NCBI RefSeq assembly: GCF_006345805.1
Contig: NC_043010.1
Location: 58,590,001-58,654,000, forward strand
DNA from: Octopus sinensis
Lineage: Eukaryota
Direction: 5' to 3'
DNA: 64,000 bases
The translations under genes and the position numbers were made by a program. Positions 53,640 to 64,000 of the stretch are shown piece after piece (position 1 is the stretch's first letter; each line of letters starts with the position of its first letter). The notes under the pieces were generated by a model, which made no database searches, was not told the DNA's origin, and saw nothing but the letters and a program-made list of their open reading frames with translations.

Positions 53640-54300
53640 AGTGGGTTCACAGTTAAGTTAAGAGAGAAAGTATTGCTTCTGTGTAGCGGGAGATGTGCAA
53701 TAACAATGAACTCTAAGAATGTACAGTAAATAAGCTTCTTCAAATGTCCAAGGGGTGTCTTTATTGGTAATAGAGAGTCTCCATTAGCCAGGTGATCCAA
53801 TTAGCAGTGGAAGAGGTTACTCTGAAAGTGTTGTTGCTGGAATAAAAAGTTTTTGGTAAAAGTTCAGAGAGTTATTACTTTTGTTGATGGCAAAGAGTTT
53901 CTTGCTCATCATGGAATACAGACTGTATGGTGGTTGTGTGCAGACAGCTGTGCTATGTGGCAGTGAAACATGGGTTGTGTCTACAGAGGACATGCAAAGG
54001 CTCGAAAGAATGAAGCCAGGATGCTCCACCGGATGGGTTAGGGTTAGGGTTTAAGGATTTAAGAGGAAATGATTTGATATAAGTGGCATCAGATGTAGTG
54101 TACAAGAGAGAAACCTGTGATGGTTTGGTCATGGGATGTGTTTGGATGAGGACAGCTGCATAAAGGAGTGCTGAGTTCTAATTGTGGAGGGAACCTGTGG
54201 AAGCTGAGGACCCAGGAAGACATGAGATGAAGTGGTGAAAAAATGATCTTCAGTTGTTGTGCGTCACAGAGAAGACATTTTGGCAATTTGCTTTGTTTGA
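53640..54300 (+). mobile_element. Degenerate RTE LINE RT C-terminal fragment
   Basis: GLYGGCVQTAVLCGSETWVVSTEDMQRLE parallels GRLYDACVRTAMLHGSETWAVTAEDMRKLA in the 60003 ORF. Confidence 0.75.
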
Positions 54301-54909
54301 GAAAGAATTATTCAACAAAGTAGAATGAAAGCCATAATGGCAGATACTTTATGTCCACCCTTATCCTTCTCTTATACACAGTTTGTTCCCAGACAAACCT
54401 CCCCCACAACCCATTTTCCCAGCACCCCCAGTCTATGATCATGTTTCCCCCACCCCTTTATCTCCCACTTACCCATCACACCCTCACAAACCTACCTGCA
54501 GACAAAATGACCCCATTGAATCTCATCCCTACAACATATACTCCTGAACCACCCACCCCTCCAATTCTTGGTAACTCACTCCCACCCCCTCTGCATCACA
54601 TCTCTCCCCCCTCTCTCTCCCTTTCTTCTCACTCTCTCACCTCCAGAAATAGCCATATTTCCTCTTTAATGCTCCTCAGCACTACTCCCCTTACAAAGCA
54701 CCCAGAACACTCTGCTGGGGTGGTCAGCATTTGGAACATCATCCAACTGTAGAAACCACACCACAACGGACAGTAGAGCTTGGCAGAGTCCTCTCACTTG
54801 ACACTTGCTGTCAATCCATCCGACCCATGCCAGCATGGACAGTGGACGTTAAACCATGATGATGATGATGATGATGATGATGAAGAGGAGGAGTAGGATA
54901 TACATATAC

Positions 54910-55592
54910 TCTTTTACTTGTTTCAGTCATTTGACTGTGGCCATGCTGGAGTACCACCTTTTAGTCAAAAACATTGACCTAAGGACTTATCCTTTGTAAG
55001 CTTGGTACTTATTCTATTGGGCTCTTTTGCCAAACTGCTAAGTTACGGTCATGTAAACACGCCAGCATCAGTTGTCAAGTGATGGTGGTGGGGAGCAATG
55101 CAGACACAAAGAAACACACATGGTTGGCGTTAGGAAGGGCATCCAGCTGTAGAAACACTGCCAGATAAGACTGGAGCCTGGTGCAGCCTCCTGGCTTCCC
55201 AGACCCCGGTCGAACCGTCCAACCCATGCTAGCACAGGAAATGGAAGTTAAACAATGATGATGATGATATAGTGAGAATTTACAAAAAAAATGAAGATGA
55301 AGACAGGTGTGTGAACAACAAACAGATGTATTAGTTTAACGCTCAAGAAGTGAGAAAGTCTTGTTTTGAGCCTACGGCCTTCAACAGAAAAGAATAAGAG
55401 AAAATAAACAGAGAGAGAAATATATATATATACAATGGGCTTCTTTCAGTTTCTTTCAACCAAATCCCCTCACAAGGCTTTGGTCAGCCCAAGGCTATAG
55501 TAGAAGACACTTGCCCAAGGGGCCATGCAGTGGGACTGAACCTGGAACCATGTGGTTGGGAAGCAAGTTTCTTACTGCACAGCCACTCCTAC
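54910..55592 (-). mobile_element. tRNA-derived SINE interrupted by an RTE tail (55120-55268) and a pLTR-like piece
   Basis: Head gtggctgtgcagtaagaaac...ggttccaggttcagtccc at 55590-55535 (minus strand); body continues at 54910-55090. Confidence 0.7.
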
Positions 55593-56141
55593 GATACAGA
55601 TATCTTTGAAAATGTGTAAATACATTTGTTGAAAATGATGACAGCAGAGCTGGCAATTCATATGATGAATGTGGTGGTGGTGGTGGTGGTGGTGACGGTG
55701 GTAGTTGTGGTGGTGGGGATGGTGGTGATGAGAATTAGGAGGAGGAGGAGGAGGCTGACAGCAACACTGGTTTCGATGGTGATTGTGGTGATATTGATTA
55801 TGTTGGTAACAGTATTAGTGGTAGTGTGATTGACAGTGGGTTGCAGTATATGTGATAGTTGTGGCGGTGGTGGTGTATTGAGTATTGTTGCCAGTGCTGT
55901 CCATATTAGTATTCTAAACACAACTAATTAACTTGTAATTAGTGTCGTTGTTGTTGTTGATTTATCTGCAGGATAAAATATATTTATTTCATTTCATATT
56001 GAAATGTTATCATTTGGATAAATATCAATTAATTTAAGATAATTAGTCTATTATTGTTTCATAATGAACATACTTTACATGGGATGGCAACATGTGTATA
56101 TACATACAGACATGCATACTTATACACATGTAGGTATATAT

Positions 56142-56180
<39 letters not shown>

Positions 56181-58099
56181 TGTATGCACACATATATGTA
56201 TATACATACATACATATGCATAGCTATATAGGTTTTGTATGTATATATGTATATACATATGACTGAATGAATTTCTGTATGTATGTATGTATGTATGTAT
56301 GTATGTATGTACGTACGTATGTATGTATGCATATTATGTGTGCACGCACACACACATATCTTAGGCAAATTGGCAGAGATGTTAGAGCACTAGATAACAT
56401 GTCTCGTAGTATTTGTTTCAACTCTTTATGTTCTGAGTTCAAATCCCACCAAAGTCAATTTTGCCGTTCATCCTTTTAGGACCAATAAAAATATACTAAA
56501 TACTGGAGAATGAGTTGGAGAAACTGTTAGAGGATGGGACTTGATACCTTGTGATATTTGATCCCTCCCTTTGTGTTGATACCAACCTATATCAACTTTT
56601 CCCTTGTATAAACATTGGTGATGAATAAGGGTGTATGTGGGGAGACTTGCATGTTTGGACAACTGACCATCTTCCTCACAAAATATTGTCGAGGCTTGCA
56701 TGTACACGTGTAAGTGCATGGTCTAGCTTGACCGATGGAAGCCCCATAGGGACATTCCAAAACCTAAGTTACATCCATTGAGATTTTGTGAATTGCTATG
56801 GCTTGACATGGAGAAGGTGTTGCATGGCTTGATGTTTACAAAACAGTCAAGATGTACTGGGTTCAGTCCAAGTGTGTGGCATCTTGGACAAATATCATTT
56901 TCTCTTGGGTCAGACCATCTCTTCAGAGTGAGACTGGACTGAAGATAACTGTAGAGGATCCCGCTTGCTTTGTTGCACTCTGTGGTACGCTGATTCTGCT
57001 TGAAAATTATGTTAAGAGGACATCAGTCTGTGGAATACGCAGCCAATTATATGTTAATTCAGGGACAGGCAATCCAGTAGATCAAACAACCGAGTCTTCA
57101 TCATCAAATGAGAGAGGACCATTGTTTTAGCTTTAGTCCATAAGATCTACCAAGATCTTCGCGACATTCCTAAGGTGAGGGTGGTCTTCAATATATCAGA
57201 TGAAAATAATAATAATCATGTGATCAGTTTGACTACCAGACGTTCTTACACATTGCTGATCACAATGCACTTTGCATTGTCTTAGCTTTTGAATGATGCC
57301 GCCCTGCTGGTTAGGTGAGCAGGCCAGCATCCCCCCACTGATCAGAAGACTATTCCACAGCAGGGGTGACCCATTTACAGCTGAGTAGACTGGGGTAACA
57401 TGAAATGAAGTGTTTGGATCAAGAACACAATGCACTGCTTGGACTGGGAATCAAACCCATGATCCAGTGATCCTCAGTGCAAAACCCTGGCCCCCAGGCC
57501 ACTTCTGTGGATCTGAGTTACCATTCCTATTTCAGATTTTTATTTCTTCATAGATATCATAGATTTTGCAATTTCTCAGATATTTCAGTAGAGTTGGCCA
57601 CCCTCGGCACTGTTTCCTGCCTTACATACTCTTATATTTATACACACACATGACAGAAGTAAATAGACATCACATAAAACATTGTTTTATGTTTAACTTG
57701 AAAAGGTTTATATTTCATATTAATTGACATTTTTATGCTTCAGGTTCTAAATGTGAGTGCTTAATCATGTCACATGCAAAAGAAGCTTTGGCACTGTCCA
57801 AATTTCCAGTCTGAAGATGGACTTAGCATAAAACCACAGAAAACCTTGGGATCCTGGTTTCTACGGTTAATAGAGTGATTGTGCAATTCACCAGAGAGGG
57901 GAAGGTGTCACCCAGGTCGATCAGAGCCCTCTCACAGGACTCTTTGTTTCGTTAAGAGGATAATCCTCATTGCAAGGTCTCTGACATAGCACAACAAGTT
58001 GATGTCAGTCTGAGAACAGCTGCCAAGTATCTCCACAAACTTGGCTACAGCAAGAAGGAAGCCATCTCTTCACCAGAATGGTCTGACTGGCCCTCATGC

Positions 58100-58290
58100 C
58101 GGTGGCATGTAAAAGCACCCATTACACTCTCAGAGTGGTTGGCGTTAGGAAGGGCATCCAGCTGTAGAAACTTTGCCGGGTCAGATTGGAGCATGGTGCA
58201 GCCACTGGCTCTCCAGATCTCAGTCAAACTATCCAACCCATGCCAGCATGGAAAGTGGACATTAAATGATGACAACGATGATGATGATAC
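58100..58290 (+). mobile_element. RTE LINE 3' UTR and tail
   Basis: ggtggcatgtaaaagcaccc...ggcgttaggaagggcatccagc...taaatgatga...gatgatgat; contains a single copy of the VNTR core. Confidence 0.78.
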
Positions 58291-58471
58291 ATACGCATGT
58301 GTATATAAAGATTCTTGTTAAATCCATTTTCGAATTCCTTCATTTGTTTTCAATTGAATGAATTCTGCGGATTTCCAGTGACAACTACATTGTAACTATG
58401 GATGGCATCAGGGAGCCCAAATGGTGAAAGCATATTACTAGATATATACTCAAAGTGCAAATAATTATATA

Positions 58472-58502
<31 letters not shown>

Positions 58503-58504
<2 letters not shown>

Positions 58505-58650
58505 AAGTTAATCCAAGCAAGAAAGCACAAAAAAAACCACAACACGAGGACGTGGAAGAAATATAGTATTATTGGACGCTGAGGAAAGAAGGAGAGAAGG
58601 AGGGTTTAACGTTTCGAGCAGAGCTCTTCGTTGGAAACATAGGAGCAGGA
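58503..58650 (-). mobile_element. Penelope-type pLTR fragment with a decayed hammerhead motif
   Basis: Minus strand reads gttt-CCAACGA-agagctctgctc-GAAAC-gtt-aaac; same family as 35100-35285. Confidence 0.5.
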
Positions 58651-58696
58651 AATATATATATATATATATAAAGAACATGTATATTAATGTTTGTTT

Positions 58697-61533
58697 TTCA
58701 TCATCATCATCATCATCATCGTTTAGCGTCCGTTTTCCATGCTAGCATGGGTTGGACGGGTCAACTGGGGTCTGTGAAGCTGGAAGGCTTCGTCAGGCCC
58801 AGTCAGATCTGGCAGTGTTTCTACGGCTGGATGCCCTTCCTAACGCCAACCACTCCACGAGTGTAGTGGGTGTTTTTTACGTGCCACCAGCACAGGTGCC
58901 AGACAGAGCTGGCGAACGGCCACGAACGGATGGTGCTTTTACGTGTCACCGGCACGGGGCCAGGCGATGCTGGCAACGGACACGAACGGATGGTGCTTTT
59001 ACGTGCCACCGACACGGGGCCAGACAGAGCTGGCAACCGGCCACGAACGGACGGTGCTTTTACGTGTCACCGGCACGGGGGCCAGCGAGGCTGGCAACGG
59101 ACGCGAACGGATGGTGCTTTTACGTGCCACCGACACGGTTGCCAGACAGAGCTGGCAAACGGCCACGAGCGGACGGTGCTTTTACGTGTCACCGGCACGG
59201 GGGCCAGCCGAGGCTGGCAACGGACGCGAACAGATGGTGCTTTTACGTGCCACCGACACGGGGCCAGACAGAGCTGGCAAATGGCCACGAACGGATGGTG
59301 CTTTTACGTGTCACCGGCACGGGGGCCAGCCGAGGCTGCAACGGACGCGAACAGATGGTGCTTTTACGTGCCACCGACACGGTTGCCAGACAGAGCTGGC
59401 AAACGGCCACGAGCAGACGGTGCTTTTACGTGTCACCGGCACGGGGGCCAGCCGAGGCTACCAACACAGTTGCCAGACAAAGCTGGCAAACGGCCACGAG
59501 CGGACGGTGCTTTTACGTGTCACCGGCACGGGGGCCAGCCGAGGCTGGCAACGGACACGGACGGATGGTGCTTTTACGTGCCACCGACACGGGGCCAGGC
59601 GATGCTGGCAACGGCCACGAACGGATGGTGCTTTTACGTGCCACCGACACGGGGCCAGACAGAGCTGGCCAACGGCCACGAACGGACGGTGCTTTTACGT
59701 GTCACCGGCACGGGGCCAGGCGAGGCTGGCAACGAACACGAACGGATGGTGCTTTTACGTGCCACCGACACGGGGCCAGGCAGAGCTGGCAAACGGCCAT
59801 GAGCGAATGGTGCTTTTACGTATCACCGGCACGGGTGCCAGACGAGGCTGACAGCGGACACGAACAGATGGGTCACTTAACCCCTGCTTTCTGATATATG
59901 ATTTGATTTTGATTGTTCTCACTGGTCTTGCCGGGTCTTCTCACGCACAGCATACTTCCATAGGTCTCGGTCTCTGGTCATTTCCTTGGTGAGACCTAGA
60001 GTTCAAAGGTCGTGCTTCACCACCTCGACCCAGGTTTTCCTGGGTCTACCTCTTCCACAGGTCCCCTCAACTGCCAGGGTGTGGCACTTTTTCACACACC
60101 TATCTTCATCCATTCTCACCACATGACCATACCAGCGCAATCGTCTCTCTTGCACACAACATCTGATTCCTCTTAGGTCCAACTTTTCTCTCAAGGTACT
60201 TACACTCTGTCGACTATGAACACTGACATTACACATCCAACGGAGCATACTAGCTTCATTTCTCGCGAGCTTACGCATGTCCTCAGCAGTCACGGCCCAT
60301 GTTTCACTGCCATGTAGCATGGCTGTTCGTACACATGCATCATACAGTCTGCCTTTTACTCTGAGCGAGAGGCCTTTAGTCACCAACAGAGGTAAGAGTT
60401 CCCTAAACTTTGCCCAGGCTATTCTTACTCTAGCCGTTACACTTTCAGCACACCCACCCCCACTACTGACTTGGTCACCAAGATAACGGAAGCTATCAAC
60501 CACTTCTAGTTTTTCCCCCTGGAAAGTGACGGAAGTTGTTTTCTGGAGATTTTCAGAGGTTAATGCTCCTGAGCATCTGCCACATACAAAAACCATCTTC
60601 CTAGTTAGCCTTCCTATGACATTGCTGCACCTCTTATGTGTCCATAGCTTACACTTGGTGCATCTTATAGAGTTTCTACCTACACCTTTTCTACAGATCG
60701 AGCAGGGCCATCTACCTGAAGGCGTTTGTGATTTGTCTACCTTCCTACTTATTACGACTTTGGTTTTAGCTAGGTTGACTCTAAGGCCCTTCGATTCTAA
60801 ACCATGCTTCCACACCTGAAACTTCTTCTCCAGTTCTGATAATGACTCAGCAATTAGAGCAAGGTCATCAGCATAGAGGAGCTCCCAGGGGCATCCTGTC
60901 TTGAATTCCTCCGTTATTGCCTGGAGGACTATGATAAATAGGAGGGGGCTGAGGACTGAGCCTTGGTGGACCCCTACCTCTACCCGGAATTCTTCCCTGT
61001 ACTCATTTCCAACCCTCACCTTACTAGCAGCGTCCCTGTACATGGCTTGCACAGCTCTCACTAACCATTCTTCTATTCCTAGTTTCCTCATTAACCACCA
61101 GATAAGGATCGGGGGACCCTGTCGAAGGCTTTCTCCATGTAAACGAAAGCCAGGTACAGAGGTTTATCTTTGGCTGGGTATTTCTCCTGCAGCAGTCTTA
61201 CCAGGAATATAGCATCAGTGGTGCTTTTCTCTGGCACGAACCCAAATGGCATTTCATCTAAACTGACTCTCTCTCTAATTAGTTGGGCTATGACCCTCTC
61301 CGTGACCTTCATTACTTGATCCAACAACCTGATACCTCTGTAATTATTTGTATCTAGGGTGTCTCCTTTACCTTTGTAGCAGTTGACTATTATGCTGCTA
61401 CACCAGTCATTGGGTATGACTCCTTCATGTATCACCTGATTAACTATACAGGTGACTAGGCTATAGCCGACACTACCAGATATTTTGAGCATCTCTGCAG
61501 TGATACCTGATGGGCCTGGGACTTTCCCTGTCT
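58697..61533 (-). mobile_element. Young 5'-truncated RTE-clade LINE (RT, 3' UTR with VNTR, (GAT)n tail)
   Basis: ORFs 61091..61492 and 60003..61091: NYRGIRLL, AFVYMEKAFDRVPR, GVHQGSVLSPLLF, LLYADDL, FRYLG. One frameshift at ~61095 and a probable premature TGA at 60003; the frame continues TLGLTKEMTRDRDLWKYAVREKTRQDQ*. Confidence 0.95.
58868..59870. repeat. ~60-bp GC-rich minisatellite, ~16 units, mostly alternating A/B variants
   Basis: Core ggtgcttttacgtg(t/c)cacc recurs every ~60-62 bp. Variant A continues gtcaccggcacgggggccagccgaggctggcaacgg; variant B continues gccaccgacacggggccagacagagctggcaaacggcc. Confidence 0.95.
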
Positions 61534-61672
61534 TTTTTTATGTTTCAATAAAGCAAATTTATATAAATTAAAGGATTACTCAATACATTTGGTAGAGTAC
61601 AGGTTTATTATTCTTTAAAAAGAATAGTTTTGACAGTGACTTCGAAATTTTGGCCAGCTAACCCATCATCAG

Positions 61673-61707
<35 letters not shown>

Positions 61708-62879
61708 ATGTATGCATATATATGTATACACATATTTATGTAAGTGTGTGTGTGTGTATGTATGTATTTGTGTTTGTTTTCAATTGTACTTGCTCCTTCA
61801 AAAGCTAAGATGTTCAAGAGGGGTTGTTGCTGACATTACCCCCATCAGTAGACTCCCAATCCCTTTGTACCATCAAAGCTTTGAGGAATATGAGATCCCT
61901 TCCTTGAAAACCAGGTAATGGTTATTATCAGTAAGGGAATCAAGCAAATAACAAATGCTGAACTAACATATTCCTGTAACCCATATCAGAGAACCGAAAG
62001 GGGTCCAATGGTAATAAAAAAAGGGGGTTGGAAAACACTGAGCTACATAACTAGACTTATCAGAAAAGCTGCCAAATCTCCCTCAAATCACACTTTTCTT
62101 AAGGAAAGACAGACACACAAACGTAATGTACTCCAAGGTAACCTATGAATCAAAAGGGCCATGGCTGAAGTGCATTTGATCACAGGCTTACTCAGTGAAA
62201 GCTGACCTATGGTTAAGCAACACACTGACCACCAGCACTACAACTACCACCACCAACACAATGACCACCACTACCTCCTGCCACCACCACTATAACCATC
62301 ACTCACCACCACCACCACCAACAATGCCACTAAAGCTAACCTAGGGTTAAGCAACACACCATCGTATCATAATAGTAACATCGCAGCCATCACCACCACA
62401 ACTACGGACGCCAACACCATCACTACTACCACCACCACCACCACTACCACCACTACCACCACCACCACCACCACTATGTATTACGTGACATCTCTATTGA
62501 AAACAACATCAAAATGGTTGTTATATATTTTTCCTTCAAAATTTCAATTTACCTCATGGCATGCCACAGTGGCGGTGGTCGTATTGGGGTTGTTGTTTCT
62601 ATATATAACTATATACACGTGTGTGTATATACATACATGTGTACACAGCCATATAGACAGTGCATGTATAAATAGGTGTGTGTTTAGGAATCAATAGATA
62701 AACATCACACTTGCCAAAGAAACTCCAGAAATATCTTTAAAAAACAACGTCACAAATTATTGAGGAATGAAAAAACATCTGACAAAAAATAACAATGTTT
62801 TCAGAGTAACTCAGGCTTTATAGAAAAACATTAACGGTTATATTCATGTGTGTGTGTGTGTACACACACACACACGCAT

Positions 62880-62947
62880 ACTTATATATATATATATAAA
62901 GAGATAGAGAGAGACATTTACACACACATATATGTATTAATAAATAT

Positions 62948-62986
<39 letters not shown>

Positions 62987-62989
62987 TAC

Positions 62990-63038
<49 letters not shown>

Positions 63039-63378
63039 TATATATATATTTATATAGATACCTCTATATATGTTTGAATCTGCCTGTGTGTATACTATAT
63101 TGTGTATGCAATATATATATAATTTATACAATATATGTATGTAAATGTGTGTATATACATACATGTATGTATAATATATGTGTGTAAATGTGCATGTGTA
63201 CATATTTATGTGCGTGATATAAATCATTATAAATTTAAATATTTTTCTATATAACATTCAGCTATATACAAATTTGTGTGTGTGTATATATCTCTATATA
63301 TAAATATATATATATATATAAAATATATTGTGTATTATATATATATATATATATATACATATATATATAATATATATA

Positions 63379-63440
<62 letters not shown>
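62880..63440. repeat. Interrupted (TA)n microsatellite field
   Basis: Directly visible. Confidence 0.92.
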
Positions 63441-63453
<13 letters not shown>

Positions 63454-64000
63454 TCAATATTTCCCAAAAACCAAATTCATTTAAAAAAAACCCTGTCCTC
63501 CATATTGTTATTGTCATTCATGTTTGCATTAATTGGTTCATGGTTTATCTTTATATTTTGTTTCTCTATAAACCTTGATGTTCTAAGATGGCTCTTCTAT
63601 ACATATATACACTCCCTTTCTGTTTGAAGTATCTATATAATATCTCTGTAATGTTTCGTGAATCATGAAAGCAATGTTCAAAGAAAGAGGTAGACTAGTT
63701 TGTTTCGCAACGTTTATTATTTAAACAAGATGGATGTTTTCTATAATTATGTGCTAGAAAACCATCAATACTCCAAACACAGAGAAGAAAGTTATCAATT
63801 TAGCCTTGAAATTTGTAAATATCACGATTTCCATTGCCAGTCAGGTCATACTAGTACAATAGTTGCACGTTAACTAACTATGCATCTACAAAAAGTGATT
63901 GTGACATTTAAACTATTTAACCAAACACACTGAAATTGAGAGTGAATGGCTTTATCTGATAAAGATGTCAATTGCTTTCTTACCACAATAAATATTTTTC

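Noticed and set aside
55535-55592. tRNA-like A-box/B-box sequences (also near 45140-45195, 48170-48230 and 56360-56450)
   Set aside because: No complete cloverleaf, and they continue into SINE bodies; they are SINE heads, not tRNA genes.
55658-55921. Thr/Pro-rich mucin-like ORF, and a similar (ACC)n stretch at 62230-62475
   Set aside because: Trinucleotide (GGT/ACC)n low-complexity DNA with no start context or credible splice signals.
58868-59870. CRISPR-like array (constant ~20-bp core with ~40-bp intervening sequence)
   Set aside because: The intervening sequences are two related recurring variants, not unique spacers. There are no cas genes, the context is eukaryotic, and the array lies in a LINE 3' UTR.
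58752-59894. Three long overlapping plus-strand ORFs (380, 310 and 302 aa)
   Set aside because: They arise because the GC-rich repeat unit has no plus-strand stop; they are antisense to the LINE and have no domain signature.

Overview
AT-rich, microsatellite- and transposon-dense animal genomic DNA, most likely from an octopus or other coleoid cephalopod. That assignment is an inference from the tandem protocadherin array and the SINE/RTE/Penelope repeat mix. Bases 1 to ~33.9 kb hold four head-to-tail, minus-strand copies (A-D) of a 7.7-10.7 kb protocadherin gene unit. I infer three exons per unit: a 5' leader exon, one ~2.45 kb exon (signal peptide, 6 cadherin repeats, TM helix, ~90 aa tail), and a small terminal exon (LPTRIKK*) whose copy for gene A would lie off the left edge. 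Copies A, B and D have intact frames; copy C has a 1-nt frameshift. The copies differ mainly in EC1-EC3, in a mosaic pattern, and are almost identical from EC4 to the splice donor. I see no host gene from ~33.9 to 64 kb, only nested and decayed mobile elements (RTE, CR1-like and Penelope-like retroelements; hAT/Buster, mariner/maT and probably piggyBac DNA transposons; tRNA-derived SINEs), a 60-bp minisatellite inside an RTE 3' UTR, two perfect long inverted repeats (one of them at 6.0 kb), hammerhead-like motifs and an E-box cluster. All exon structures are inferred from splice signals, not from transcript data.
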